64,000 nt of DNA from Obrimoposthia wandeli (lineage: Eukaryota), in assembly GCA_977020255.1 (NCBI GenBank), contig CDROCS010002923.1, positions 62,001-126,000 of the forward strand, in the 5' to 3' direction. Shown piece after piece: positions 38,588 to 51,300 of the stretch. The position numbers and the translations under genes were made by a program. The stretch's first letter is position 1, and each line of letters opens with the position of its first letter. Below the pieces are notes generated by a model that saw nothing but the letters and a program-made list of their open reading frames with translations, ran no database searches and was not told where the DNA came from.

Positions 38588-38822
38588 CAACTTAATCCCA
38601 AACTCTAAATGGATCCGATGTGTAACTTTCGTCACTGAAGTTGCACGATTTAATGCTAATGCTCAGCAGGTCCTTTTTGGTAACCAGAATTGGTGATGTG
38701 GGTCGTTTGGTTCATGCTACAACGCCAGTTCTGCTTACCAAAAATGGCCATTATGCATTCGTATTAAATCGTGTTTCGAAGAAATCCACATATCGAACCC
38801 ATTCAAAGTTTGAGTAAACTTG
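38588..38822. pseudogene. Inverted pair of diverged 28S rRNA fragments (foldback)
   Basis: Both arms resemble the 28S segment ...CCATTTTTGGTAAGCAGAACTGGCGATG..., which is also present at 47606-47725. 38588-38702 is sense and 38716-38822 antisense. Confidence 0.8.
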
Positions 38823-38868
38823 CTAGAATAAGATGATGGCGTACAAAGCAATGTTGGGACCGGGTAGG

Positions 38869-39173
38869 TCAGAGTAGCACACTGTCGTTGCGCCGCCGTC
38901 GCCCGGAAGACCGGCACGAGTGAGATATGCCCCCAAAGTTGGAGGACGTCTTGCGTCGGGTGCTACTACCGTTGCCGGTATTGTTGCCGAGAGCGATGCT
39001 GGTGCTGATGTTACTGATCTTGCGCAGCTCACCAATCTGCCGCATGTACGACTGGCTGCGCACTCTGGCATTGATGTGCTTGCATCGGCACAGTAGCACC
39101 TCCCGCACCGGCAGCCGAAACTCTTTGTTGAACTTGACGTAGATGATTGGGTTTAGGAAGCTGTTGAAGTAGC
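38869..39173 (-). CDS. HTR7: Terminal exon of a 5-HT7-like biogenic amine GPCR (TM7, helix 8, tail)
   Basis: gtgcag acceptor, then GYFNSFLNPIIYVKFNKEFRLPVREVLLCRCKHINARVRSQSYMRQIG (NPxxY; resembles invertebrate 5-HT7 tails). GC-rich like the SCYL2 exons. Confidence 0.8.
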
Positions 39174-40090
39174 CTGCACGTGAGACCGACGCTTAAAAGC
39201 ATTGTCTAATGTAAACTTTACTTGAAATCACATAACAGTTACTCAATATCGTTTGTCCGAGAATGATTCCTATGTTACACTTTGCACATGTGCAATTTGA
39301 ATGAATATTTGTGAAACTAAAGAGCATATCCGGTTACATTGCACACGAGGTTAATAAAAGTATATAAAGCCAAAGTTGTAATGCTTCCTAGGGCTTTTTT
39401 TAACCTTATATATATGTAGTTATATTTTAGAGAATGTATGCAGAATACCATACGAAAATCTATAGAGTTATGTAAAACATAACCGGATGTCTATAAGTCG
39501 AGAAATAGTTATGATTGCGTGTATTAAATTGCGATGTATTAAATAGCAATTTATTAAAATCTCACTCCAACCTTCGCTCTAAAATTGCTCTAATCATAAA
39601 CTCAATTTAAAATTTGTAATAAAAGTAATAAATCTAACACTGGTTTAAATTAATTAAATGTATGTTAGCTTTAATGGACTACTTGTTAAATAAATCGAGT
39701 TGCTTGTAGAACTGTTAAAAATTATGATATTTATATAACATAATTATTACCGAGCCACAGGAATAATTGATTGATTGATTGTGGAATTCGTATTAATTCG
39801 GTCTTGGCGTTTTCATGTATGATCTTGAAAATTGGATTGAGAATCTAAAATTAAAGATATTCTTGTCAGAAAGAGTATTTAACACAATTTTGACCAGAAA
39901 ACAGAATTTAAAACATATTTGTCTTAATTGTAAATTTTAACTGTTAAAATACTTTAAAATGTAGAGAGTAAGTCACTTAAAGGTAAACAACTTATACAAA
40001 CTTCAAATTTCAAAATTCTAAAAAAATGAGCCTGAGATATGTTTTAAAATTGGAATATGATTGTTAGACATTCTGTCAAGCTCAATGAAG

Positions 40091-40417
40091 ATGCTCAGCT
40101 CAGTAGGTCCTTTTTGGTAACCAGAATTGGTGATGTGGGTCGTTTGGTTCATGCTACAACGCCAGTTCTGCTTACCAAAAATGGCCATTATGCATTCGTA
40201 TTAAATCGTGTTTCGAAGAAATCCACATATCGAACCCATTCAAAGTTTGAGTAAACTTGCTAGAATAAGATGATGGCGTACAAAGCAATGTTGGGACCGG
40301 GTAGGTCAGAGTAGCACACTGTCGTTGCGCCGCCGTCGCCCGGAAGACCGGCACGAGTGAGATATGCCCCCAAAGTTGGAGGACGTCTTGCGTCGGGTGC
40401 TACTACCGTTGCCGGTA
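40091..40417. repeat. Near-identical direct duplicate of 38659-38980 (28S piece plus GPCR 3' end)
   Basis: Base-by-base match over ~320 bp with one small difference at the left edge. Confidence 0.92.
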
Positions 40418-43400
40418 CAAAAGATATGTCATCGACATATTCCATTACCGTGCACATGGATGGGATATTTATGTTGTTCTCAAATTGACAAACTTTCTGC
40501 TCTTGTCTACAATGTGATCTTCAAATATTAAAAAAATATTTATTTATTTTAATTAATTACCTTATTAATGAAATTACAATAAAATATTTAAAATAATTAT
40601 AATAAAAATAAAACCAAATCGCAACAATCAGGAGAGCTATTAAACTTTGAATATACTGTTAAATACCATGAACAACCATAATGATGATGATGCCGAAACC
40701 CAACAATAAAGGGAACCCAGACTATTCATTTCTTACCTCGTCTGTATCCTGAATCGAAGTTGTGCTGCTGAAAACTAAAGAGTTTATGTTATATATATTT
40801 AAAATCTAGACTTTTTTATACTGTTATTGCCTTTTAAAGAACAGTAAATCATCTAAAAGGAGTTTGGCTATTGTGATTACTTAATCATCCATTTTAGTTT
40901 TACGGATAACCAAGTAGTGTGTGCCCGTGTCCTTTTAACGTAATTCTTATACTATAAGACGTTTTCAACCGAATGTGTTATTTCAACAAAATATACATCA
41001 TACAATTAGAATTAATTTATATTTTAAAATTATTTTTGATTCACTAATATATGACTTTTATTATATAGTAATTTGTATATAAAGTTTAATTAATAAAATC
41101 ACATTTTTGTGAATTAATTCTAATACAGAATTTAAAGAACTTTCAATCTAAAATGATATGAAAGAGTATTTAATTATACGTCTGATTCTTAAATAGATTC
41201 ATGGTACAAAACGTTATTCACAAAATAAGTAATTACTGAGTTTATGTTTTGAATTTAAATGAATATTATATCGTTTTCATTTTAATCTTAATTGTTTTAC
41301 ACGTTACTTTTTATTTATGTTGGGCTTTTAACTTTAAACTGAAATTATTTCAACAATATACTTTATTAACAAAATTAAAGAAAGCACAGATATTCGAATA
41401 AACAAAATAAAGCAAACTACAGTAATAACGAGATGGTCAACAATTTTAATCTACTGAGTCCATTTAAATATATTGGTGGTGACGTTGACGATAAAACTAA
41501 GTTAACAATATCGGACTAACTATCTTATTCCACCAATTTTCCCAGTTCCTTTATCCGTCCGGTAAAAAGTTGGAATTTTTATGTGTATCATGTTCAAACC
41601 TATGCCTTGTATAGTTTTAGATCTTTCAGCGGACCCGGTAATATTGACGTACTAAATAGTTTCACTCAGTGTGCCTCCTAATGTGGTGCACATTTATTTA
41701 TTATATTTTCTATATTTAAACATGTTTTTGTACCGGTTATGATTTGAGTCGTACCTCTATTTTTTCGATAAAGTTTTCTGATTTGTTTGGTGCAATTTAA
41801 TTTCTCCACGTCCTACCATTCTTTCAAAAGTTTTATCCCTTGTAATTTTAGCTATTCAAATATTTTTATCCCTTGTAATTTTAGCTATTCAAATATTTTT
41901 CCCTATTAAGACCCAAACTTTTTACTAATCTTTATATATGTACAAGATCTATATAATACCTCATTATAACCTAGTAAAATAATTATCTCCTAGAGTACGT
42001 TATATCAGAATTATGCTGAAATAAAAGTCGTTAGAAAACAGCTTTTATACACTTTTACATGAATACTAATGAATTTTTATATGTTTCCAAATTATTTGTT
42101 TAAGCCTCAAGATCTGAAACAGTTTTTTTAATTATGTCAAGACTATGTAACCTAAATGAACCAATTCCTAAATTCTTAAAATCTACAAATTTTGACATGT
42201 ATTTGGGTGTAAATGCACTTTACCGACAGGTAAGATCACATGACATTTGAAGGTTACTGGCATACTATTTGTAATTTACATTACAAATATATATTATTTA
42301 AATAAAAATTTAATAATATAAGATCACAGGTTTATTAAAGTTAACAAAAATAATCAAAAAAATGTTTTGACTTTTAATATACAATATGTATATCAATAAT
42401 CTTTAAATATTTTTTCCGTAAGGTTCATTTACGTCAGCATTTGTATTACATTTATTTAAATTTAGCCTTTTAATACTTATACGAAAATTAACAAAAAATA
42501 CATTTTTAATAAAGAAAATAAATTGAAAAAACATACCTGAGAATCTTTTTAACAGTAATAATTTCAAAAATATCCCTATTAAAAATTGTAAATCTAATTA
42601 TGATTTAAATTTAACAGCTAAATTTTCTGTTTTTTATATATATTTATGATAATAAAAAATTATATGATTTTTAAAAATCATTTTCTAGTCACAGCTATCA
42701 AAGCAAAATATAGTTTAGATAAATCCAAAAATTGAAGAGATCAGATATGAATAAAATTGATTAATCAATATTTCTAAAATGTTTGATGTGTGTGTATGGC
42801 TGAGATTATTTAACTATAATAAAGCATGTAACAGTTATTAATACCTAACTATTTCAACTCAAAAAATTTAAATACAGGGCAAAACAAATTATAAATTTTG
42901 TAACACAGTGTAATTGTTGAATTCTACTTATACATGTATTTTATAACTTTAATAATTTCATTTATTGTTAAACTCTCATCATCAGAAGCATTATGTGTTA
43001 AAATGTGGCTAAATATTTCAAATAAGACAAAATGTTTGCTAAATTGATACAGTAAAACAAAAATATAAATTTTGTTTAAATCCCAAATCGTAAAGTTATT
43101 TATTTGTCAAATAAAACTATATAAAATTTACCATTTCTAAGCAGTATTTCGTAAGTTAGCTTTCTCATTTTTTAAATCATTTTTGAAAATTCTCTACGAT
43201 AGTTTATTTCGAATATGAACATATCAACTTGGTATGTGATCATATTGTGTGACGTTTCATTAAAAGTATTTGTGCTGTAATTAGGATGCAAAAACTATCT
43301 CCTAAAACTTCTTTTCATCAGATTTTTTAAATGTTGCGACTTGTTATTTATTACAAGCATTTAGACTTTTATAGTTGAGAAAATAAACTTATGCAACTTT

Positions 43401-45189
43401 AAAAAAATAAATTGAAAATAAAGATAATTTGTTTTAATCTTTTGTGCTTAAGAATATTTTTATAAAAACGCACTGAATCGAACAGAGACGGTCCGGAATT
43501 ATTTTGTCTCACAAAAGACTGAAAGTAGTTTTCTTTTACAAATGCTTTATTATTCAGAAGACTAAATCGATAAAATACATTTGAATTTATCGCCCCGCTA
43601 AAAGAATAGATTGTTTTCTATCAATGTTTTGTTAATTTTGACTACTGCATTTATTGTGAAATTATACACTTTTGAAACATTTAGAACCATAAATAAGTAA
43701 AAAAGAAGCTAAAGTTTAAAATAACAGTCTAAACTGTCAAAAAACCTCTCACATGACACTAATATGGTTACTTTCTATTTAGATTCCAATTTTATTGCTT
43801 TTAAAGAATTCTGAATGAACTGTTGACTTTGTCTGATATGCACTAGTTCATATTGGGCATTTTCAAAATGTTAATTAAAATGATTATTAATCACTGAGAA
43901 ATTGGGGTTTAGTTGGGCTTACTGAGGTAGGATTTTGGCATACTTTAGGGTTCTTAGAGAAAAAATATTTTTGTTTTAATTATTAATTAGTAATCTGTAT
44001 ATTATATTTAAGAGATTCAAATAAATTCATTGAAGAATAACTTTAAAATATTAATAAAAATTGAAAAATATATAGTGGATAAATGACTCTTAAAAAAGTT
44101 TTTTTTTCTATCCTTTTAAAATAAACTTTATGTATATTTATACATTTATAACAAATATTTATTTAGATTCTGCACTTTTACATTACTGTAGTTTTCTTTA
44201 AACAACTGTACTGAGAATTGTTCTGATTTTCTTAAGACAGACAAGCCACTTAGTGCTTCTAAACGTCAAAAGCAGTTAATTCTTTGTTCCTCACAAAATT
44301 ACACTAAAATGGAAATTATTATAGTTTGTTTGTATTTAATAAAAACATAATATGATCTACAGACATTTAATAAATAAATAAAATATTAAATGATTATTAA
44401 ATACATGTATTGCTTTCTAATTTTTTTTTGTAGTAAATGTAAGTTAAGTATTTCATTTTGCCGTCTAGAAAGATTAAAATCTCGTATTAAATTATTTGCT
44501 GACTTTTGAATTTCATAATCTATATCTGTAGTATCATTTTACATGTATAATTTTGTGGGTGCATACGGCATCACGTGGCACTGGTATACTAGCAGTCTTT
44601 AAATTTTGATACTAAATCAGTTAATTTCTGTTGAACGAGTATCGGGTAATTCTTTTATATCAATTACTTTTATTTGCGCAAAATCATTTGTGTGGTGAAA
44701 TACCTGCAACCTATTTAGTTAACCTCTTAAATATATGGTACATCTGATGCGGCATTTATGAAGTGACTGATGTTTCTTCTGGTTATCAAGTTAAATTTAA
44801 AGTAACTACAGATACTCTTCTTTTTAATTTGATTATTTTTGTCTTTCTGATGTAATTATATCTTTCTCTACAAGTACAACAAAAATAATTTGAATTAAAT
44901 CATTTCAAATTAAAGCACATTTAATTCTTTATTTATCAAAATATATTTTATAATAAAAGGGATATTTATATAAATGTATGATTGTACTACAAATCATTAA
45001 TTTTAAACCTTACAGTAATAATTTAATCAAAAATAATAAAAAGTATTAAATTTGTTATTAGACATTAAATTATAATTTTTTTCTAGACGTGCAGGCACAA
45101 TTTTTTTTATAAGTCATTTCAATCATATTTCGAGTTTCGGCAAGATAATGCAAGTATTCATAAGAGCATATGTACTCAGGTATGGTTAC

Positions 45190-45384
45190 ATGCTAAAAAT
45201 GTACACTATGGATTGGTCTACTTATTCTACGGATTTAAACCCCATGAAAACCTTATGGAGTATTGTGGTTATTATTGAGGCATGGAACGATATTAGCCAA
45301 TATACTATTCAAAACTTTAAAAATAGTATGGACAACAGAAATTTTTATCTAATTTGTAAAAAAGGACGTCTTACGAAATACTAA
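45190..45384 (+). pseudogene. Tc1 transposase C-terminal relic
   Basis: DWSTYSTDLNPMKTLWS...EAWNDISQYTIQNFKNSMDNR...KKGRLTKY matches the Tc1 pattern WPxxSPDLNPIENLW...SMPxR...GGxTKY. Confidence 0.8.
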
Positions 45385-47371
45385 TTTTATTTATCGTTAA
45401 ATATTTTCGTCTAAGTTGATATTTGTCAACGTTTATCTTATCTACTTTTTTCATTTTGAAACAGAATGAATTCAAGCAATTGGTCTCTTTCATCGAACAA
45501 AGGGCTATTTAGATTCTGGACTGCAATAAATTGTCATTTAACAGTTTTCATGTAAAGTGCAGCAGCTTTCTCAACCTCGTCGTGATAACTAAATGTCAAT
45601 GTCCGAGTACACAGAAATGGGACTATTTTACCAATGATATTTTTGTTGTTTCGTGCCACGTGTTGTTGAGTGTTGTATAACCGAAGTTGGACGTTTGACA
45701 TTTCCCCCGTTTCCAGAACTGTTCCCACCACTTCATTAAAGACAGAAACATTTCTTGGAATTCACTGCTTCTCCATATCACAGTGCTTGCACATATCGTC
45801 TTTCATTCAATTCGCTCAACATGTTCTTCTGAGTAGTCCTTGGTGTCAGTTCTAGGACCTGGACTCAATCGCTATCCGGCCATTATAAACTTTGGGAATG
45901 TTGCCTAACGTCAAAGTAAACTCACGGCAATCGTCGTTGTATAAGAAAAAGAGGGTCATGATCAAAGATGGTGAAAAGTGATTCATAGACCAACAATTTC
46001 TATTCATTTTAAACTACACAAACGCATAGAGACAAATTTTTGAGAGTCGGGTCTGCATTTATTTTAAATCAATTTAAAGTCAATATAATTTAATTTAACT
46101 AAAAGTATAAATAAAAAAAAGTACAACTTCCTGGACAGCCCAGTATAAAAGTAGTGCCTAAAAATCATTGTTTACTGCCTTGGGTTCCCTATTTCACTGT
46201 CAATTTCTTAAAAAAATATTCTCTAACTTTTGGAGTTGACATTCTATCAATTTCATTTGTTTGACAATATTTCAAAACTTTTACTTTCATCGCAAAGCCT
46301 TAAATACGACAGACAACACAAACTGTTGAACTATTCAGCAGGTTATCCGTATTATGTACTAAAGCTGCTGATTCTATAAACTTCAAATAATTTGTTACGT
46401 CATCTAGAAGTACGTCATTATCTTCTTTTCGAATTTTTGAATCCACTTTCAGAAAACTAACTGAATACTTTAGAAAGTTTTAACGTAACTTTTTATGCAT
46501 ATAGTTGTTTTAAGAATGGTCAAATTTAGCTAATTACTTAATGAATTATGCAATGAAATGGATGTAAAAATTAACTGTGAACAACATAATTTATCGTTAA
46601 TAAATCGTTATTTATCCCGACTTAACTCCATTGGATTTTTGGTACTGTAAAACGCAAGTCAATTTTGGATCTAAAATAAAAATTAATTGATACTATTAAT
46701 GGAATAGTAGAAAAATGTTTCAAAATAAACGTCAATTAACACGCTGTGGACATATTATTTGTTTATTCTATTAAAAAGTAAAAGTATTTTTAAATTCGTC
46801 ATAAATGTAAAATTGCAATTTTAAAAATTTATTTCTCAATGCCCAAACAAAACAATATGAGAAATCTTGTAAAGAATTATGATCTCAGGATATTGTAAGT
46901 AAAATGTAAGTTACGACACATTTCTTTTTTAATTGTCATATGATTAAAGGTAGCACGAGCTTGTGAATGAAAATTTGAAAAGAAAGTAAGGAACATATTT
47001 GTTAATGAACTGTAAAACGGAAATTACAGAAGAAAGATTAAGAAACTAGCCTACTAATGAAGTATAACTTATAATAATAGGTCATTAAGGACAACTCGCA
47101 AATTTGAAAATGAAGACATTTCTCATTACATATAATTTAATTTAGTACACATATGTTTTCTTGTAAAATGAATTGTAATGTGCGTTTGAATTTATTCTAA
47201 ATATATCTCCATCTATAATACAGTTGTATATTTCATTTCATCATTTGGCTTTAATTCTGTTAAAAGTAATTGTTTGTGTTACAATGTACATTATGATAAA
47301 CATTACACGGGGTTGATTAAAACCGAGGTAGTGCGTTAATATCTTTCATCCTGTCAAAACTTTTTGAGAGC

Positions 47372-47606
47372 TCAAAAATTAGAGTAAAACGTATATAAAA
47401 TGCTATCCAATTTAACATTCTTTATATCATCAAATTTGAAAGTAAATAAAAACTTCTTTGCATCAATTTTCTTCTTGTGCAACAAACGGCTTGAGGATGG
47501 CAATGTTCTTCTTAACTGTAAATGACCAATTTTCCATATCACCTTCCACCGAAGAATCCTCAAATTTACGATCAACTAGTCTTTTGGCATCAAAACCCGT
47601 ATTATT
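47372..47606 (-). repeat. Inverted partial copy of the gag-like ORF start at ~48872-49105, fused to a 28S fragment
   Basis: Direct sequence match (ctaataatacgggttttgatgcc...). The junction has ATGAA(C/T)C microhomology. Confidence 0.85.
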
Positions 47607-48141
47607 AGGTTTGGTTCATCCCACATCGCCAGTTCTGCTTACCAAAAATGGCCCACTAGGCATTCGTATTAAATCGTGCGTCTTCAATGAAGAAAGCCAC
47701 GCATCGTACCCATTTAAAGTTTGAGAATAAGTTGCATCCCCATGACTTCTAATCATTTGCTTTACCAGATACAACTACGCTCAAAATGCCAGCTATCCTG
47801 AGGGAAACTTCAGAGGGAACCAGCTACTAGATGGTTCGATTAGTCTTTTGCCCCTTAATGCATGTATGACGATCGATTTGCACGTCAGAACCGTTTCGGT
47901 CCTCAATCAGAGTTTCCTCTGACTTCAACCTGCACACATTAAGGTCACCATCTTTCGGGTCTCTACCCGATTGCTCTAACTCTGCTCAAATGCGAACAAT
48001 TACGAACAGGTTGATACTGGACCTGATGGATTTGCGACCAGGGTCGTATCTCAGTTCACATTAAACGAACCTTTACTTTCATTACGCCATGGGGTGTCGT
48101 AGGGCCCTTTGACTCGCAATCAAATAAAACTCCTTGTCCGT
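47606..48141 (-). pseudogene. Dispersed 28S rRNA fragment (~535 bp)
   Basis: Antisense conserved LSU blocks: GCCAGTTCTGCTTACCAAAAATGGCCCACT, CCAGCTATCCTGAGGGAAACTTC, GGAACCAGCTACTAGATGGTTCGATTAGTC, TCACCATCTTTCGGGTC, ACTCCTTG-TCCGTGT. It carries substitutions and has no flanking rDNA. Confidence 0.92.
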
Positions 48142-48515
48142 GTATAAAGTATATAAAATGAATATATTCAATTGACTAAAAGCCAGTGATCACTATCTAT
48201 CGAAAATGTCGAATTTAATTGTGTTTTGTTGCTTCATATTTTTGCCGAATTTTATTTGGTGATTAATTGTTTGTTAAGAAATAAAATTATCTGATTTGTT
48301 TTTTTGTCACAAATTGTAAAACATTTGTAAAAATTTCCTAATGCTTAAATTTTAACTTTTAAATATGGAAAATTTGAGTGCACTACCTAGAATTTTAATA
48401 TACAAAAGACTAGTCCTGCCAGTGATCTAAATTTAGTGATATTTTGGAAATGTAATCAATATGTAAGATAAAACTATCGTTTAATTAATTTTATATTTAG
48501 TTTTTATTTCATATA

Positions 48516-48650
48516 CACACATGTATATTACACAAATGTATATTATCCACATGTATATTACACACATGTATATTACACAGATGTATATTTCACACATGTA
48601 TATTACACACATGTATATTACACACATGTAGATTATACATATGTAGATTA
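48516..48650. repeat. 15-bp minisatellite (ATGTATATTACACAC) x9
   Basis: Nine consecutive units counted directly. Confidence 0.95.
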
Positions 48651-48721
48651 GTTGTAAATAACATTTGTTTTTAGGCAATATGAATAAAAGTGCAGCTTAA
48701 GTCTATAGTTTTTATTATGTA

Positions 48722-48822
48722 GTTTGAATGTTTTAAAAGTATCGATTTCAATAAAGTTTTCGTTAGGTCTTATGCTATGTTTTATGATTTTAATTATTAT
48801 GATCAAAACTGGTAGCAGAGCG
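48722..48822 (+). mobile_element. LTR 3' end plus initiator-Met primer binding site
   Basis: 48722-48796 matches 59788-59862. TGGTAGCAGAGCG at 48810-48822 is complementary to the tRNA-iMet 3' end (CTCTGCTACCA). Confidence 0.7.
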
Positions 48823-48864
48823 AAATGAAAGAGGGATCGGAGATGCTGCTGAAGATCAAGTTGC

Positions 48865-49448
48865 AATGAATCCTAATAATACGGGTTTTGATGCCAAAAA
48901 ACTAGTTGATCGTAAATTTGAGTATTCTTCGGTGCAAGGTGATTTGGAAAATTGGTCATTTACAGTTAAGAAGAACATTGCCATCCTCAAGCCGTTTGTT
49001 GCACAAGAAGAAAATTGATGCAAAGGAGTTTTTATTTAATTTCGAATTTGATGATATAAAGAATGTTAAATTGAATAGCATCATCGGGAATTCTCATAAA
49101 CATATCGATATCACCGAGTCACTGAAAAGGTTTTTTGGTAAGGTACAATTTTTATATGCTTTATATGAAGTTAAATTTGAGGATAAGAAGAAAGCTATGC
49201 GCTTCTTCCAGATGAAGACAGCGGATGTTGATGTTACGAAAGTCAATTTCAATTTTGTTTATGAGCGAAATATTTTAAATAAGATTGTTGAAAAGAAGAA
49301 TGCTTCTAATGATGATAAGGAATATGTTAAAGATTCGGCTGAGGATGAAGATGTGAAAATGGAGGTTGAAGTCAAAGAGACTCAAGTACTAAATAATGTT
49401 GAAGTTTCGGATGCTTCTGAAGTTTCTGAAGTTCCTATATTTAACTGA
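48865..49448 (+). pseudogene. Gag-like ORF remnant following the PBS
   Basis: ATG at ~48865 ([12 protein letters not shown]...GDLENWSF) frameshifts into ORF 48906-49448. Assigned by position only. Confidence 0.4.
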
Positions 49449-50152
49449 AATGAACTTACGAAAAGATGATTCACCCAAATTTACCATGTATCTCAGGAAT
49501 TTTCACCCTAAAGCCGTTGTATTTGAAATGACCTTAAATTTAATAAATTTAATTCATGTGAATTTACCTAAAAATGAAAGTGGAAAACCGAAAATTCGAG
49601 AGGAAGCTACGAAGAAAGAAACTACGGCTCGGGAGAAGATCAAAACTACCGATTACGCTTTGATGAACAATTTAATGAGAATGCAAGATGGATCCAGCAG
49701 ACAATCGGATACATATTATTGTCATGCGCCAAATATTATGGGTGGACAAGTCACTGCTGGAGGTTGTGTTTTTGCTCCTATTTTTATTGCCGGGACCCAC
49801 ATCGTCAAGTTTCAAAATTAATTGTAGAGTTTTCAAAGTTAAAGTAATATAAATATTAGAAAATATTAACGCTGTAAGTCCCTATTATGTCTCGGGTTGA
49901 TGAGGAGCGGCTATACTGTAAACGTATCCCAAAAATAGTATGTAAGCCTGTAAATCATGATGAAGGTGATAAGTTTATAAAACATATAGATAATTTTGGA
50001 CTTGATGAGTTGTCAGATTTAATAAAACGGTTTTACAAAAATTCTCCCACAAAGAATAATGCACTATCAGAGCTGTTCCAGACTAATATAGGTTTTGGTT
50101 CGAGAACAAAGGCATATTTAATACCTGAAGGGATTATCAAGGGATTATTTTG

Positions 50153-50832
50153 ACAGAAAATGTTGAGGGAAAAACTTACTCAGAGATTTTACTAAATTCG
50201 ACATCGATTATAAAGGATTTAATGAGACTTTTGACTCACTCCTTGACGATTCATATGTGGAGAATTTCAGTGGATGGCAGGCACGATCCGAGAAACCACT
50301 TCAGCCGACATTGGCGGAGGCCCATAAACGAAGTTTGACAGAGGGATGCTTCGCAATGCCGGTTGAGGATGGGGACAGCGTGCATCCAGACGCAAGGATC
50401 GTGACCGTGGCCTCAGGAAAAGATGGCTATAACTTTTCAAGAAAAGCGGCAATGTCGATGACAGATGACCGTCGAAAGAATGACAGATACGATAGCCAGC
50501 GATGTCGATGTTCGGATGCAGAAAAAAACAACAATAGAAATCAGACGCGTTTATGAAGATGAAGAAGTGGAAGAATTATCATGGAGTTCAAAAAACAGAA
50601 AATGTTGAGGGAAAAACTTACTCAGAGATTTTACTAAATTCGACATCGATTATAAAGGATTTAATGAGACTTTTGACTCACTCCTTGACGATTCATATGT
50701 GGAGAATTTCAGTGGATGGCAGGCACGATCCGAGAAACCACTTCAGCCGACATTGGCGGAGGCCCATAAACGAAGTTTGACGGAGGGATGCTTCGCAATG
50801 CCGGTTGAGGATGGGGACAGCGTGCATCCAGA
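50153..50832. repeat. 238-bp direct duplication (50153-50390 and 50595-50832)
   Basis: Near-identical copies separated by ~200 bp. Confidence 0.9.
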
Positions 50833-51133
50833 TAATGACATTTAGCTAGTTTCAGAGGAGACATTAATGATATGATAATGGAGTATATGATATTTATAAG
50901 GTTCTGAAGGCAAAATAATGATATATTCAGGAAATTAATGATATGGAAGAAATGATATAATATTTAGTGATATTTGTGAGCATTGCTTGGAATATGGATG
51001 ATATTTAACTAGATGCTTCTAGAAGAGAAATTGATGATACGTATATGGTTAAGAAAGAGAGAGAGAAAGTTCGCGTTCAGTGGTGGTGATGTGATTGGAA
51101 ATCATGGGGCGATTTGCGGAGGTAGTGATGCAG

Positions 51134-51300
51134 AGTAGGGAGATGTGATGACTTCAACTCAAGGCAATAGCTCCCTCCTGAAGTAGGTCAAATTTCTCCC
51201 GAGAAGACCTGTTGGAAGTCAATTTCTCCCGAGTAGACATGATATTTTCATGTAAAGGTCATTTGAAGGTCATTATTTTGTTTAAACGCATCAAAGTCAT
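51134..51300 (+). mobile_element. Third AGTAGG-type Polinton terminus
   Basis: AGTAGGGAGATGTG followed by AGGTCA-rich sequence, as at 29129. Confidence 0.55.

Noticed and set aside
40737-40767. Minus-strand micro-exon (ttttcag...gag|gtaaga) as part of the GPCR
   Set aside because: The splice signals look good, but no frame encodes the TM6-TM7 sequence needed upstream of 39173.
45534-45900. Moderately GC-rich ORF-like patch
   Set aside because: No recognisable motif in any frame and stops in all long readings; left unassigned.
47606-48141. Functional rDNA unit or R2 retrotransposon insertion
   Set aside because: Only ~535 bp with substitutions in conserved blocks and no 18S/5.8S. The junction is not the TTAAGG/TAGCCA R2 site and no R2 ORF follows.
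48481-48678. ORF with YMCVI repeats
   Set aside because: It is a translation of the 15-bp minisatellite.
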